Below are positions 37,410 through 50,954 of a stretch of 64,000 nucleotides of DNA, in pieces (position 1 is the stretch's first letter; the number at the start of each line of letters is the position of its first letter). Origin of the DNA: Leucoraja ocellata (taxonomy: Eukaryota); NCBI GenBank assembly GCA_036785375.1, contig JAWMAR010000138.1, positions 310,001-374,000 of the forward strand, written 5' to 3'. The notes under the pieces are model-generated. The model was not told the origin of the DNA, searched no databases, and saw nothing but the letters and a program-made list of their open reading frames with translations. The position numbers were made by a program, and so were the translations under genes.

Positions 37410-38280
37410 AGTTAAAGTAGTAAAGAAAAGTAAAGTAAACTTTATTGCCAATTCAAATAATGCAACAAGTAGTTACACAGAGGATTGAAATTGCGTTTCC
37501 CCATACTCCAAATGCGCTTGTAATAATTATAACACAGACAGACTATATACCAATAAAAATAGACAGGACATATACATTATATAAAATATTCAGTGTGCCA
37601 GAGTGTAGTAAAATTTTGAGGTATGTTATTAAGGTGCAATAATAAAAGGTGCAATATAGAAAAGTGCAAATGGCATACTGCAGACATTGAATTAAAGTTA
37701 TTTCGACAGTCAATTGGTCTTAGTTTGTGATGTTCATGGAATTTTCTTGAGTGTGTTGAGTAGTCTGATGGCCTGAGAGAAAAAGCTATTTTTGAATCTG
37801 GTGGTTTTGCTCCGCATGCTGCAGTAGCACTTGCCGGATGGTAGGAGGGTGAACAGTTTGTGTGCTGGGTGGGTGGTGTCTTTGATGATATTGGTTGCTC
37901 TCTTGCGACAGCGAGATTGGTATAAGTCCTGGATTGCTGGTTGGGGTGATCTGGTGATCTTCTCCGCTGTCCTCACCACTCTCTGTAGGGCCTTCTGGTC
38001 AGCAGCAGAGCAACTGCCATACCAGACTGAGAGACTGCTGGTAAGAATGCTCTTAATGGTGGTGAGGGCAGAAGGGGGGAGGTCGGCTCTCCTCATCCGT
38101 CGAAGGAAGTGGAGGCGTTGCTGTGCTTTCTTAACTAGGGAAATGGTATTGGTGGACCATGTCTGATCATCTGTGATATGCACTCCCAGGAACTTGGTGC
38201 TTTTCACAGACTCCACTGCACTGCCATTGATGGTGAGTGGGGTGTGTGCTGTCTGTTTCTTCCTGAAGTCCACAATAGAG
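37410..38280 (-). mobile_element. Rex1/Babar-clade LINE, 5'-truncated
   Basis: ORF IVDFRK...PL.ING..VE.V...KFLGVHI.DD.TWS.N...VKKAQQRL.FLRR..., ending LLPSG.R/C..SM...T.RFKNSFF..AIRLLN. The 3' UTR ends AATAAAG plus (TTTAC)n. Confidence 0.85.
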
Positions 38281-39019
38281 CAAATGGAGAGGTGGAGATA
38301 TTCATTATCAGCAGGCTGCCTACCTGACATGGTGAAAGTTCAGTCATAGAAGACAAGTACAGAGGTTAAAGTCAGAGATCATACCCCAAGGACTGGCATA
38401 CCATGCTGCAAAATGTTCAACGTGTGGAAAAGGTTACAGTGCTTTGAGCCTTGTATGACTCAAAGCACAGCACCCCATACTGCCGCACTCCCATCACCAC
38501 CCTAACCTCTCATTCACCAAACATAACAAGTAGGGTCCAGAAATAATGCCCCACTCCACACCACCATCCCCACCACACATATTCATCACTATTCCAAATC
38601 TCAATCACATTTCATAAGTTTCACACATTTCCAGCTATTCATCCATGATCATCCAGACACTCATTAATACATCTCCCTCCCTCCCTCTCTCCCTGTCTCT
38701 CTCTCTGTGTCCATCTCACTCTCCGTCCCTCTCTCCCTATGCAGTATAACATTGGTCCTAAGTGAAATAGGGTTTTGCACAAAGCATAATATGATTTCCA
38801 TTCTGTGCAGAAGTAGCTAATTACTCCATTCATATATTTGTTGACTTTAAACATCATAAACTGCCTCTGTTTTGTCTTCCATTGAAGCCGAAACAAAAAC
38901 AATGCAATGCCCGTAGGTTGCAGTGGACACTTGGACTTCTATCTGGGCCTGAGACCAGCATCAAATAATAAATCTATTTCACCTTTCCTTGCCAGTTCTA
39001 ATTCAGAGAACTGCACAGA

Positions 39020-39325
39020 ATCTCTTGCCTAGAGTGGGTGAATCGAGGACCAGGGGGACATAGATTTAAGGTGAACGGGAATAGATTTACTAGGAATCTG
39101 AGGGGTAACATTTACACACAAAGGGTGGTGGGTGTATGGAACTAGCTGCCGAGAAGAGGTAGTTGAGGCTGGGACTATCCCAACGTTTAAGAAACAGTTA
39201 GACAGGTAGATGGATAGGACAGGCTTGGAGGGATATGGGCAGGTGGGACTAGTGTAGCTGGGACATGTTGGCCGGTGTGGGTAAGTTTGGCCTGTTTCCA
39301 CACTGTATCACTCTATGACTCTTGT
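39020..39325 (+). mobile_element. CR1 3' fragment
   Basis: R.RGH.FKV.G...TQRVVGVWN.L motif and the CR1 3' UTR. Confidence 0.8.
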
Positions 39326-41779
39326 ACTTAACCTCCCTCAGAGCCTTCATGCTGTGAAATGTGCATCAGGACAATGATCACCCTCTTCAGAGGAAATCAC
39401 TCACTTTCACATAGTGCATCATTGCAAAGCACAGCCGACAATTCCCCGGAATCCCCCCCCCCCCCCCTTCGATGATGTGGGGCTTAGGACAGGCGTGGCA
39501 GCCAAACACAACTTCATCAGGATTTCCCCGCCCAGACCTCCGATCGGTGGGTTGAATTTGCCACCTGCGGCCAGGGCTCTGGAACTCCGGCCTGGCTGGA
39601 GCCAGTGGATCTGTTCCCATAGCGGACTTCCAAGGCCGAAGTTGCAGGCCGGTATCTCGGTTCCCCAGCAGCCTAGGCGGACTGTTCCAGTACCGTCTGA
39701 CTCATGTTGGAGGCCATGACTTCTGTTGGTCTGGCAAAAAGGATAATCCAGCAAGACTTTGAAGCAAAGGTTGCCGGAAAATCAGTGGTGGACCTGATTT
39801 GGTTTTTCACCTGATAACATCCACTTCACAATTGAACAAGAGCAGATGTTGAAGGGAGAAACCAGATAGTGGAAGGTCTGTATTGAAAACTAGGGAATCC
39901 TCTGATCTTGCCTATCTGTATGGAGACTGCACCTTAGCAACTGTCACTAAACATGATGTTGCTGCATTAGCAACATAAGTGCAGTTTGACGTCCTAGCTC
40001 CAATCTGGGCCCAACACAGAAATCATAGGAATCTGCCTCCAGCATGATTGACTGGATATCGCAGCATCCTTAATGATGTTTTCATCCATAGAGCATCAGA
40101 TGTGAAAAACACATGAGCACTTGTTCCCCACCAAGAGTTTGTGCACCTTAAATTGGATGATAGGTATCCTACCTTTACTGCTCAGTGCCCCCAACCTCCC
40201 TCGATTTGAAACATTGTTAATATGGAAGTAGGAAAGAGCAGGGAAGTTTGGAAAGAGGTAATGGTGAAATTGGGGATAAAAGTAGTGAATTTATTTTAAC
40301 ATTTCCGTCCTACTTTGCCCTTTCCATTCCTCGCAAGCCCTCACCCTGATAAACCTTCTTACACAGGCAGAGATGGAATGTGGTCTAAGGCAAAAGGTTC
40401 TAAAACCAAAGGGATATTAGCCAACATCATCTCTTAGGCTGCAAATTTGAGCAGACAGCTGATACTGCTGAAGCAATTGCTATCACACTAGAAATTCTGA
40501 AAAGAGGGAGCAAATGTATTGTTTATTGCACAACTATATGCATATTGGTAGCATGCTAAATTTCATTTCTCAGATTGACATTTAAATTAGCGACCTTGCA
40601 TTCCCAAGCTAGATTCCCCGATTGCAACCTGATATATTTGTTAAATTGAAATTCAGTATATATACACAGCAGATTTGGACCTGCCACTGCTATGTGTAGA
40701 TTTAATCACCTCACTTCACCATCCCTTCAGCACCCACTTTCAAAAGAGATCCATCACTAGTGCAGATGGAGTTTGACTGATTTATGGATACCCAAGGCAC
40801 AAGGGGATAAGCAGGCAATGCAGGAAGTGGAGATGCAAGATCAGCTGGAAAAGGTTCAGAAGGCCAATGGTGACTGCCTCTCCTATTTCTTGTGCTTCTA
40901 TTTCTGTAGAGTAATATGCTGCTTGGTGTAGACTGGTAACTGATAATTAACAATACTTTCTGACCCAACAACTGTAGTTGTGGATGTAAGAATTTAAAAA
41001 AAGAAAGCAGCTTCCACCGCAAGTCTATTTTCAAAAGTAACAATTGTTTCCGGCAAAACAACATTTGACTCCTATTATTGTTAAATATAGGGAAGCAAGA
41101 CTAAGATTATGTCAGAAAAGTTTCAGACTTAATGTAATTTAAACCATTTAGTCATCAACCGCAGCCAAGCAATAGAACTGACGGATATCTACTGAAAATA
41201 AAAACATCTCAGCGTGCTGTAAACTTTTAAACAAACTCTTGCCTGTTCTCACTAAATTAAATAAAGTATCACGTTTAATTCCATATGATCCAATATTCTC
41301 TTTCCTATCAAGGTCTCGTTTTAATATGTTTACATTATTTGTTCCATTATAGATCGAAATGTCATCTAGAGTGAGTGTGATATTACTTGCAAAGTTTTCA
41401 CATTGAGTCATTTCAAAGGAACAAAATTAATTATAGAATTCACAGATGCAACTCAGTCACACTTGTGACAAATTGTTCCAGTTTGTTAATGAAAATAATT
41501 TTACAGAAACCAAATATGCATTTTGTTTTAATGGAACGAAAACAAAGTGGGGACACTGAAGAAATGAATATAAGAATCAACTCTTTGTGTTCCTTTGAGA
41601 TCCTGTTTCGTTTGTTAGCTCAGATGTAGATGTGGATGGCTCATTCTGAAGAAGGGTCTCGACCCGAAACGTCACCCATTCCTTCTCTCCAGAGATGCTG
41701 CTTGTCACGCTGATTTACTCCAGCTTTTTGTGTCTATCTTCATTCATATAAAACACTGAAATGCTACATACAGATAATA

Positions 41780-42533
41780 CTAGGCTAAGTGGGACCCGTT
41801 GGGACCCGTTGGGTCCCAGCTTCACACGGGAGGGCTGGTCCCCCAATGCAATATTCCACCTCTGCACCAATTCCAATATTGCTGTCCAATGGGGTGGGTC
41901 GGGGAGGGGAGGGCTTTCTGGAGCGCTAGTATGTGTGTTGTGGGCCAAAGGGACTGGTTTCCAGAGGGCTAGTATGGACATTGTGGGCCAAATGGATTCT
42001 TGGGCTGGCAGCTCAGTCACTCAGGCCGGGCATCTCAGACACTCTGGCCGGGCATCTCAGACACTCTGGCCGGGCATCTCAGACACTCTGGCCGGGCAGC
42101 TCAGACACTTTGGCCGGGCAGCTCAGACACTCAGTCTGTTGTGCGCTGAAGGGACTGGTTTCCAGAGGGCTAGCATGGACATTGTGGACTAAATGGATAT
42201 TTGGACTTGCAGTTCAGTGAGTCATGGCTGGTGGGCTGGCAGTTCACTAAGTCATGGGTGGTGGGCTGGCACTTCAGTCACTTACAGCTGGTGGGCTGGC
42301 AGCCCAGTCACTCACGGCTGGTGGTGGCAGTTTACTCAGTCACCCCTCCTCCATTTTTTTAACATTAATATCTCTCTGATTTTTCATCGGTGGGAAAAAT
42401 CCTCCGGTCCCAGAAGGCGGAGGGTGGCTCTGAGCAAGGTGGCCAAAAATGACGGCCGTAGGTGACGGCGTTCTCTTGGAAATCACACCACAGCGAGCCA
42501 AAGCGGTCAAGATCAGACTTTTAGTAATATAGA
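41780..42533 (-). mobile_element. Complete non-autonomous Helitron
   Basis: The minus strand starts A|TCTATATTACTAAAAGTCTG and ends with hairpin GGGACCCAACGGGTCCC plus CTAG|T, inserted between A and T with no TSD. It carries internal 22-bp x5 (42024-42133) and 30-bp x4 (~42215-42340) tandem repeats. Confidence 0.88.
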
Positions 42534-44959
42534 TATTAAGTTTCAAATTCAAAAAAGGTTGCTGCTTTGATACTCTAACCCACTTCTCGACACCCCAAGA
42601 TTTCTTGAAGGATGGTATTCTGGAAAATAAATTATTAATTTTTAACCCTGCAAATAATAAAATATTAACGTTCATAGGAGTGATATCAATGGCAGTAGTT
42701 CCACTTTTCCTGATAAATAATATTTTACGGCATTTATGAAACCCACAATGCAAAAAGATCATCAGCCATTGAACTGGCAAAAGTTTAAAGAGCTACTTGC
42801 AATGGTTTTGCCTTCACTTAACCCATCTTCACAACCAGTCCTTTTAGAAGTGGCACACTGACAAGGCTATTAACACCAGCCAGATTTACAGCACAACAGA
42901 TATGTATCTATTGGGTCCCATGGGACATTTCAGTGGATATTGGCATTGTGCTAAAATAAATTTGCCAGGATGCTGTCGTGAGCAAGGGTATGTGTCTGCA
43001 GGCTGAGTATTTCTATTAGGAAAAACACCATGACTGCTAATAATTTAATTGAATACAAACAATCTGTAAGTGATCTTCTTAATTTTTTTAATTGAAATCA
43101 TTTTACGCAGTGACAATTTCACTCCCAATTGCATCTTTGACTCTTGACACAATGGCTTATGTAATTACTCCAATTTATGTTAAAAATCAAATAACAAAAA
43201 TTCTCCGTCATTGACATCCTTTTCATAAATGGTATTGTGGGACCTTTCCTTTTTCTGTAATTATAGGTAGCGTGTCAGAGGATTTCAACTTTAATAACAT
43301 TATTACAGCAAATAAAAAACATCAGTAGGATTACCTGTCAATTAACCACAAATAATTTCATGAAAAGCTTTCAGTAATCACACTAAGATCATTACTCTTT
43401 GAGTATAGCTATCATTTTACCTCAATGGCAAAGGCACCCTGGCAACATGACAGGCCAGTATTTGCTCCCGAATATTATTTTCTATTTATATCACCTCATC
43501 AATGCTTTTTTTTAAAAAGATAATCTTTCTGCTTGAAATTAAAATTTGTTAAGAGGTATTTCCTCAATCCAAGTGCTTAGAAAATGTGCAAGAAGACAAT
43601 GTTAAAACCAACATCTCCTCTGACAATTAGAACTCTGAAAATTACACACTATTTGTGAGATTCTCATTGTGTGGAATGAAGCAGTTAGTGCATTGTTTAT
43701 ATATTCCCAGTTCTGAAATTGGATTGGAGAGGTGGGGTTCCACTATCAACGGGGAGGGCAGTTACATTTTCAAGCTCTGTGGTTTCATCTGACGCTATGT
43801 GTGAAAATCAAAATGGAACTTAACCGACTTGCTAAGAGAAGCATTGCCTCTAGTGGGGCAGCAGTGCCCATTGCACTTTGGTTGGGAATTCCTCCCTGGC
43901 CAAACACGATGTTCCCATTACACAGCCACCTGCGAGATAAATTGCTTCTAAGCAAGAAACTGAAAATATAATTGATAATGGGTTCTTGATGTTGGAGCAA
44001 CTTTGCTGTAAATGACTGCTTTCCCAATTGCAGCGGACCAATATGTCTGCACTGAGCAGCCAAGACACATGCCAAATCCAGGAATCCTGAAAACAACTGC
44101 AAACAATGACCAGTGTAAAAAAAAACTAAAAGGAAACTAAAGCTAGATTTACCTATTAATTCAGGATTTGAAAATGCAGACAGTGAACAGCATTACGATT
44201 CTACCGTGAGTGTGCCTGCTCTTGGTTTTCAGAGATATTTTCACACGAATGGTCCGCTTCTGCTGATTAGAATATACTTCAGAACAGTGATTAATGCACG
44301 TTCTGTAAATTGAGGATCATCCGCCAGGCTTCAAAATGCTAGTTATGGGTGTTGGAGCTTAATGCTCAGTTCCTGACCGTCCATTTACAGTCAGCTAGGC
44401 TTTACTGTAGTTATCATGCATTTTTATTTCATTCTTCAAGATTACCTAAACTACTAAAGGCAAAGGATAATGAAATGCCTCGTAAGCAATGTTCAGAAAG
44501 TCACAATTTCACAGCAACTGACCTAAAAATGTTCCTGAACAATGTTGAACTCAGCCTGCCTGAGGGAAATAATTGTGGCATGTAAGGAGAGGAGATATAT
44601 TACCCATTCCTCACCTTCAAAACTGTACAACCAAACCACAATGATTTTCATGATCTTAATGTAAGGAAGAATTGTTTCTCTTCCTCCTGGACCTTGCAGG
44701 ATAACGACACTCTATGGTCACTGAAAGTGTAGTGGGCATTAATTCATATCTCACATGAAGTCTAACTTAATCATTCAACTACAACTGGTTTCATGCACAA
44801 CGTTAGAACCACTTTAACATTTCATTTACCTTTACTCCCCAATACATTTTGGCACGTAATCCAATAGCAGCCATTTTAAATCAGGTTTTCTCATTAAATA
44901 AAAGAAAATGGCTGGGCAAATCAGGCCACTTAGGTGACAATGCCCAACCTTAAGAGCTA

Positions 44960-45200
44960 CCTGTAATATGATCATAGCTGATCATCCAAAATCAGTACCC
45001 CGTTCCTGCTTTCTTCCCATATCCCTTGATTCCATGAGCCCTGAGAGCTATAGCTAACTCTCTCTTGCATACATCCAGTGAATTGGCCTCCACTGCCTTC
45101 TGTGGCAGATAATTCCACAGATTCACAGCTCTCTGGGTGAAAAAGTGTTTCCTCATCTCAGTCCTAAATGGCGCACCCCTTATTCTAAAACTGTGAGTCC
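44960..45200 (-). mobile_element. CR1 3' fragment
   Basis: Homologous to 415-645. Confidence 0.8.
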
Positions 45201-45544
45201 AGAACCAGGGGTCAAGGTTTAAGAAGACCCATTAAGGTTGTAGACCAGAGACACAAGAAGCTGCAGATACTGGTACCCCAGGCAAACTGCTGGAAGAACT
45301 CAGAGAGTCAACAGCAGGTGGACAACCACACATTAGACACCAGCTGGTCAACCACCAACAAGGAAATACCATCCTCTTATAGTCAGATTACCACTAGTTC
45401 TTCCGTTGCTCAGTTTATAATCATCTTTGTCCCTTTAATCCCAAAGTTAAATCAACCACCTTCTCCACAAAAAGGATAATTAGCAATTAGTGACCAGATA
45501 CTAAGTCTGGTCTTGCATATTCCTTTGGAAGGCAGCGTACCTAA

Positions 45545-45762
45545 TGTAGATGGTCCATGCATGCAACCAATAATATAGCTACCTCAGTACCACTAACCAC
45601 GCCTTAGCTATCAAGTATAATAACGCTCTCTAACTCTCCCTCCCTCTCTTGGTTCCAGCACAGTTATAGACTGCAAGCAGTCAGTGCTGGAATGTGTCTA
45701 ACCTGAGTGAATCATTAAACAATAAGTAAAGTTACAAGTGTGTCAGACTTAACTTCTTTACA
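45545..45762 (+). repeat. 5' LTR (218 bp)
   Basis: TGTAGATGG...CTTTACA; differs from the 3' LTR by 4 substitutions and 2 small indels. Confidence 0.95.
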
Positions 45763-45772
45763 TGGTGTCAGA
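45763..45772 (+). promoter_or_regulatory. Primer-binding site, tRNA-Leu type
   Basis: TGGTGTCAGA directly after the LTR is complementary to the 3' end of tRNA-Leu(CAA). Confidence 0.75.
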
Positions 45773-45859
45773 TAGTTAAAACGCACGCCTCCTGTTCATC
45801 GGGTTTTATTTCTTTATAAGTGTTGCTTTATCTGAATTTTTTCGTACCCCTCTACCACC

Positions 45860-48800
45860 AAGGCCTCCTCGTGCCACAAACCCTCGCCCCTTGTCTTTGA
45901 TGCCGACATAGCGGAGCGCTGGGCAACTTTTGAGTTGGATTTCACACACTACATTAATATCGTTCACCGTAACGATCCCGACGCCGTCAAAGCATCTCTC
46001 CTGCTGAACCTTGCTGGTCCTAATGCCATGAGGAGAGCACTTGCCTTTGCCTACAATCCCGCGGTTCAGGATGACAACGATCAGGTGCTAGTACCTGCGG
46101 AGTCTGGCAACGATTATGTTTGCTACGGAAGTTTGCTGAAATTTGTGACTTGCCCTCTAACCGCATTTTAGAGCGAGCTAAGTTCTTTACGCGGAAACAA
46201 CAGCCTGATGAGCCAGTTGAGTGCTTTATTGCTGATCTGCGCTATTTCGCCCAGAGGTGCCGATTTGAAAATATGACTGACCAGCTTACTAGGGATATTT
46301 TAGTAATGGGTATGCTGGATCAGAAGTTGTGATCGGAGCTACCGAGAAAGCCAGATCTTACTCTGACCGAGGCCATGCATGCATGCAGGTTGGCCGAAGT
46401 TGTTGACCCGCAGTTCGGACAGCGGGAGTCCGATAGCCGAGCTATCAATTTAACGGTTCTCAACAGACCGCATCCCAAAATAGACAACAATAGACCTGTG
46501 CCGCGGACAAGCTACCTCCCCGGCGGAAACGTTGTTAAAAAGTGCCCCAATTGCAATTATATGCATTTGATGCAGTCACAGTGCCCGGCTTACGGAAAAT
46601 CCTGCAATTTCTGCAAAAAATTTAACCATTTCTAGGCGGCCTGCCGGTCCCGTGGGAAACTTCCCCCAGCTTCTAGACAAGTATTAAACAACCTGGTACA
46701 AGTCGATAACGAGTTTGGTTCCCAGTCCTCTCTCGACACTGCCCACGACTCTGAGCCAATTAGTTCTCAAGGAGATGCTAGTGTATTCACACTCCTACAC
46801 GCACCTGTTCTACTCCCTGATCCATCGGTCCTCGTTACTGTCAACAATTATTCTTTCTCGGCTAAGCTCGACACTGGGGCAAAGGTCAATGTTATGTCAA
46901 CAAGCCTGTTCAAAAAAATTAGACTTAATGAGCTGCTTATAGGGGCGAGGTGCTGAAACCTGTGGGGAAGGCCACTTTCAATTGCGTGCTGCAGAAGTTA
47001 TCGCGGCCTCTCCTGTTCTATGTCCTTCGACCGCACCATCAACGAAGTGCAGGTGTTGCTGGATCCGAAGTCTGAGTACCCAGACCTGTTCGACAATGAG
47101 CTGGGCAAGCTACCACTCGTTTACAAGATCGCCACCGACCCGAAGGTGGTGCCCATGGTCCATGCACCACACAGATTGTCCCTCGCTATGAAGAATAAAG
47201 TTGAGTTAATGCTGAAAAGCATGGTCGCGATGGGAGTGCTGGAAGCGGTTAGCGAACCCACCGACTGGGTCTCCACCATGGTCGCCACCCTGAAAAAGGA
47301 CAAGAACGAGATACGGGTGTGCATTAATCCGAAGGACCTGAACCTCGCGATCAGGCGACCACACTACCCCATGAGAACGGTGGAAGATGTTGCAGCCCAA
47401 GTCGGCCAGGCCAGGGTCTTCTATGTCCTTGATGCCAAGAGCTCCTTCTGGCAAATACCACTCGACAAACGCTCCTCCGACCTGACAATGTTTGCCACTC
47501 CATATGGCAGATTCAAGTTCCTACGGATGCCATTTGGTATTAACTCTGCCAGCGAGGTGTTTCAGCGGTCCATGGAACAGCTGTTCGCCGGCATGCCATG
47601 TGCCATCATCGTGGATGATATCCTAGTCTACGGTAAGAATGCCGCCGAACATGACAAGAACCTCTGCTGGGTCCTGGACCGGGCCCGACAGATCAATTTG
47701 AAACTGAACGAAAACAAATGCAGATTCCGCGTCTCCGAAGTGCCTTACGTCGGGCATATCTTCACTTCTAATGGTCTGAAGCCCAACCCGCAAAAGACGA
47801 ATGCAATCTCCCAGATGTCAGCCCCCACCGACGTCCTCGGTTTGCAACGATTCCTGGGCATGGTCAACTACCTGGGGAAGTTAATCCCCAATCTCAGTGA
47901 ACTGAGCTCGTCCCTGAGACAGCTAACAAAATGACACTGCCTGGTCCTGGTTTCCACAACACCAGCAGGCTTTCGAATGGCTGAACTCTAAGTTGACCAG
48001 TACCCCGACTAAATTTCTTCGACCTGCGCCGTCCCATTGTTGTTACCTGTGATGCCTCTCGTTTTCGACTAGGTGCTGCCTGCCTGCCTGCAGCTCTATG
48101 ACGACGGATCGCTGTTACCGGTCTCGTATGCCTCACGGGCCATGACCGACACGGAGCAACGGTATGCTCAGATCGAGAAGGAGCTCCTGGCGGTGGTGTT
48201 CGCCTGCTCCAAGTTCAAAGACTTCCTCTTTGGCAGCAAATTCACAGGTGAAACCGACCACCTGCCATTAGTGACTATCCTCAACAAACCAATACATATT
48301 GCCCCCGCCAGGCTGCAGCGCATGATGCTGCAGCTCCAGCGTTTTGATTTCCAAATTGTTTACAAGGGCACTGAGATGCATGTGGCCGACACCCTGTCCC
48401 GTGCCCCACTAGCCTCCTGTGACCATCACCCCTACGAGCAGGAGGACATGCTGGTACTGAACGTCAACTTTGTCCCAACGAAGCAGCTACAGTGCCTGAC
48501 TGAGCACACCACCGCTGACCCTGCTTTGCAGCAGCTCGCAGCCGTTATCATGGTGGCCCGACAGATGCACCACTTTGCCCTCGGGTGCCCAGCCTTTCTT
48601 CCTAGTCCGCGATGAACTGGTGATCCAAGACGGTGTCATCGTCAAGGGCCACAAGGTCGTGGTCCCAGCCTCTCTCTACGATCTATACTTCAATGCAGCC
48701 CACAGCGGTCGTCCCGGGGTCGATGCTACCATTTCTCATGCCCAAGGATAATTTTACTGGCTCGGTATGGCCAAATACATCAGGGACAGAGTGTCCTCCT

Positions 48801-49600
48801 GTCCCTCCTGCAACAACATCGCTCCACACCAGCAGCGCCAGCCCCTTTTGCAGCAGCCGGCGCCTACCATACCCTGGACATCGCTGGCTGCCGACATATT
48901 CGAATGGCGGGGCAAGCAGTTTCTCGTCCTGGTCGACTCGTACTCCAACTGGTTCGAGGTGGACATACTTCCCTCCATCACCTCCGAGATGGTCATCAGC
49001 AAACTGCGCAGGCACTTCGCCACCTTCGGTGCCCCTGTCCGCTTGCAGACCGACAATGGCCGGCAATTCGCTAGCGCCGAATTCAAGGTTTTCGCTGCCA
49101 GGTGGAACTTCCATCACTACACCAGCAGCCCTGAGTATCCACAGAGTAACGGCCTGGCCAAAGGGCTGTGCAGAGTGCTAAGGCTCTGCAGGAGCAGTCG
49201 CGCCTGTCCAACTGCGATTTCTACCTGGGCTTGCTTAACCTACGTAACATCTCCTGGGACCCAACCATGGGTTCCCCTGCCCAGCGTCTGATGTCGAGGA
49301 TGACAAGACCACCCATGCCAATCGCCCAACAGGCCCTGCTACCCAAAGTGCTCGAGCCTGCCACTGTCCAACAGCGGATTGACCAGCAGCATGAGGGTCA
49401 ATGACGGTCGCATGACAAGTCCTGCCGCCCGCTGTCGCCTCTACTGCCCGGCCAAGCCATTCGGATGCAAACTACCATCAGCTACTCCCGCCTCGCGACC
49501 GTGGTCGGTATGGCTGACTCTCCCAGATCTTACCTGGTGGACTATGATGGGACTGTCTATCATCGGAGCCGTCAACACCTGCTGGCTGTGAACGAGTCGA
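45860..49600 (+). pseudogene. Gypsy gag-pol with stops and frameshifts
   Basis: Gag FFTRKQQPDE and a double Cys/His knuckle CPNCNYMH...CPAYGKSCNFCKKFNHF; protease KLDTGAKVNV (~46864); RT LDAKSSFWQ, RMPFG, IVDDILVYG; RNase H YAQIEKELLAVVFAC; integrase VDSYS, TDNGRQF, SSPEYPQSNG. Confidence 0.93.
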
Positions 49601-50000
49601 AGCCTGCACCTGCGGGTCCTTATGCCCCTCCGTTGCCGTTCCAGCCTGTCACTGCCAATCGCCCTGCTGTTCCCTGCATGTCGCTGACCCCTCCCCTGTT
49701 GCGTTCTCCTCCTCCTCTGCGTTCTCCTCCTCCTCTGCCGCCAGGTTTTGGCCGGGTTTCTTCACCTCCTCAAAGTTCACCTCCCCCTCCTGCCTTTCCA
49801 GCTTCGACTGCGCTTGATCCTGCTTTAACTTTCTCGCTTGCCTCTGCTACGCCTTCTCTTCTTTCCGATGGGGGGGGGAGGCGTTGTACGCACGCGTTCG
49901 GGTTGCATTGTCAAGCCGCCTGTTCGTTACGGCGACTTTGCTTAAACTCGCATGCTCTGTGCAATTACACTGCCACAGCTCTAATTCTGTTTTGATTTCT

Positions 50001-50011
50001 AAGGGGAAGGA
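50001..50011 (+). promoter_or_regulatory. Polypurine tract
   Basis: AAGGGGAAGGA abuts the 3' LTR. Confidence 0.85.
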
Positions 50012-50226
50012 TGTAGATGGTCCATGCATGCAACCAATAATATAGCTACCTCAGTACCACTAACCACGCCTTAGCTATCAAGTATAATAACTCTCTCTAT
50101 CTCTCCCTCCCTCTCGGTTCCAGCACGGTTATAGACTGCAAGCAGTCAGTGCTGGAATGTGTCTAACCCGAGTGATCATTAAACAATAAGTAAAGTTACA
50201 AGTGTGTCAGACTTAACTTCTTTACA
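50012..50226 (+). repeat. 3' LTR (215 bp)
   Basis: Direct repeat of 45545-45762. Confidence 0.95.
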
Positions 50227-50954
50227 CCTAATATGGTCATCATTATCTCTCTCCTTAAGATGTGTGTAATATCATAATTCCAGCACACCAGCATGTAACA
50301 TCCTATTGAGGTGAAACTGAATTCTCAGTGGCAGCTATGTGTTTGGCTGCAAATGAATCATATTAGCATGTGCGTGGTGAACGAGAGAGAAAAAAAAACA
50401 AATAGGGAGGTGTGGGGCATTGCAGAGGCTGAGGAGGAAATTAAAGATGATGTATTGATGACTATGTCAATACGGGAACAAGGTGTCAGGTCAAATGTGG
50501 CCCATGAGGAGGAATAATGCAAATGACCAGAGGGATCAAAAATGTCAAAGCCAGCATGGACAGACAAAGAGAATGAGTATTCACAGCTTACATTTTCAAT
50601 TGTCTTTACATTGCAAAAAAGCTTACAGTAGTAATAGAACCAGTTTTCTTTTCGTAAGGCTGATGAAAACTATCCAGTTATGCATGGAATTGATCCTGTA
50701 CATTAGTTCATGACATTATAATATCTTCATGTGACACAACAACACCATACTACTTCAAATCATTCTGTATGTTCTGAACATAACAGGTTACCTATGTCAG
50801 GCCAAAGACAGTGATGCACCCCTATGTGCCAGCAAGCTGCAAGAATAGTGTTCATACATCTGTAATTCCATCAGGTATCCTGAGTCAGTTCAATTATTCA
50901 TTCTATCCAAGCTCCTTGAATGGTGAGGAGTGAAGAAAATTACTGTCCACGATT

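Larger units (their letters stand above)
45545..50226 (+). mobile_element. Full-length Ty3/Gypsy LTR retrotransposon (Mag-like), disabled
   Basis: TG..CA LTRs, 5-bp TSD CCTAA (45540-45544 and 50227-50231), primer-binding site (PBS) and polypurine tract (PPT), and domain order Gag-PR-RT-RH-IN. Confidence 0.97.

Noticed and set aside
42024-42340. 22-bp and 30-bp arrays and repeat-derived ORFs
   Set aside because: Tandem repeats inside a Helitron; no spacers and no credible protein.
45860-49600. Intact or domesticated Gypsy gene
   Set aside because: Multiple stops and frameshifts with both LTRs retained; consistent with neutral decay at the observed LTR divergence.
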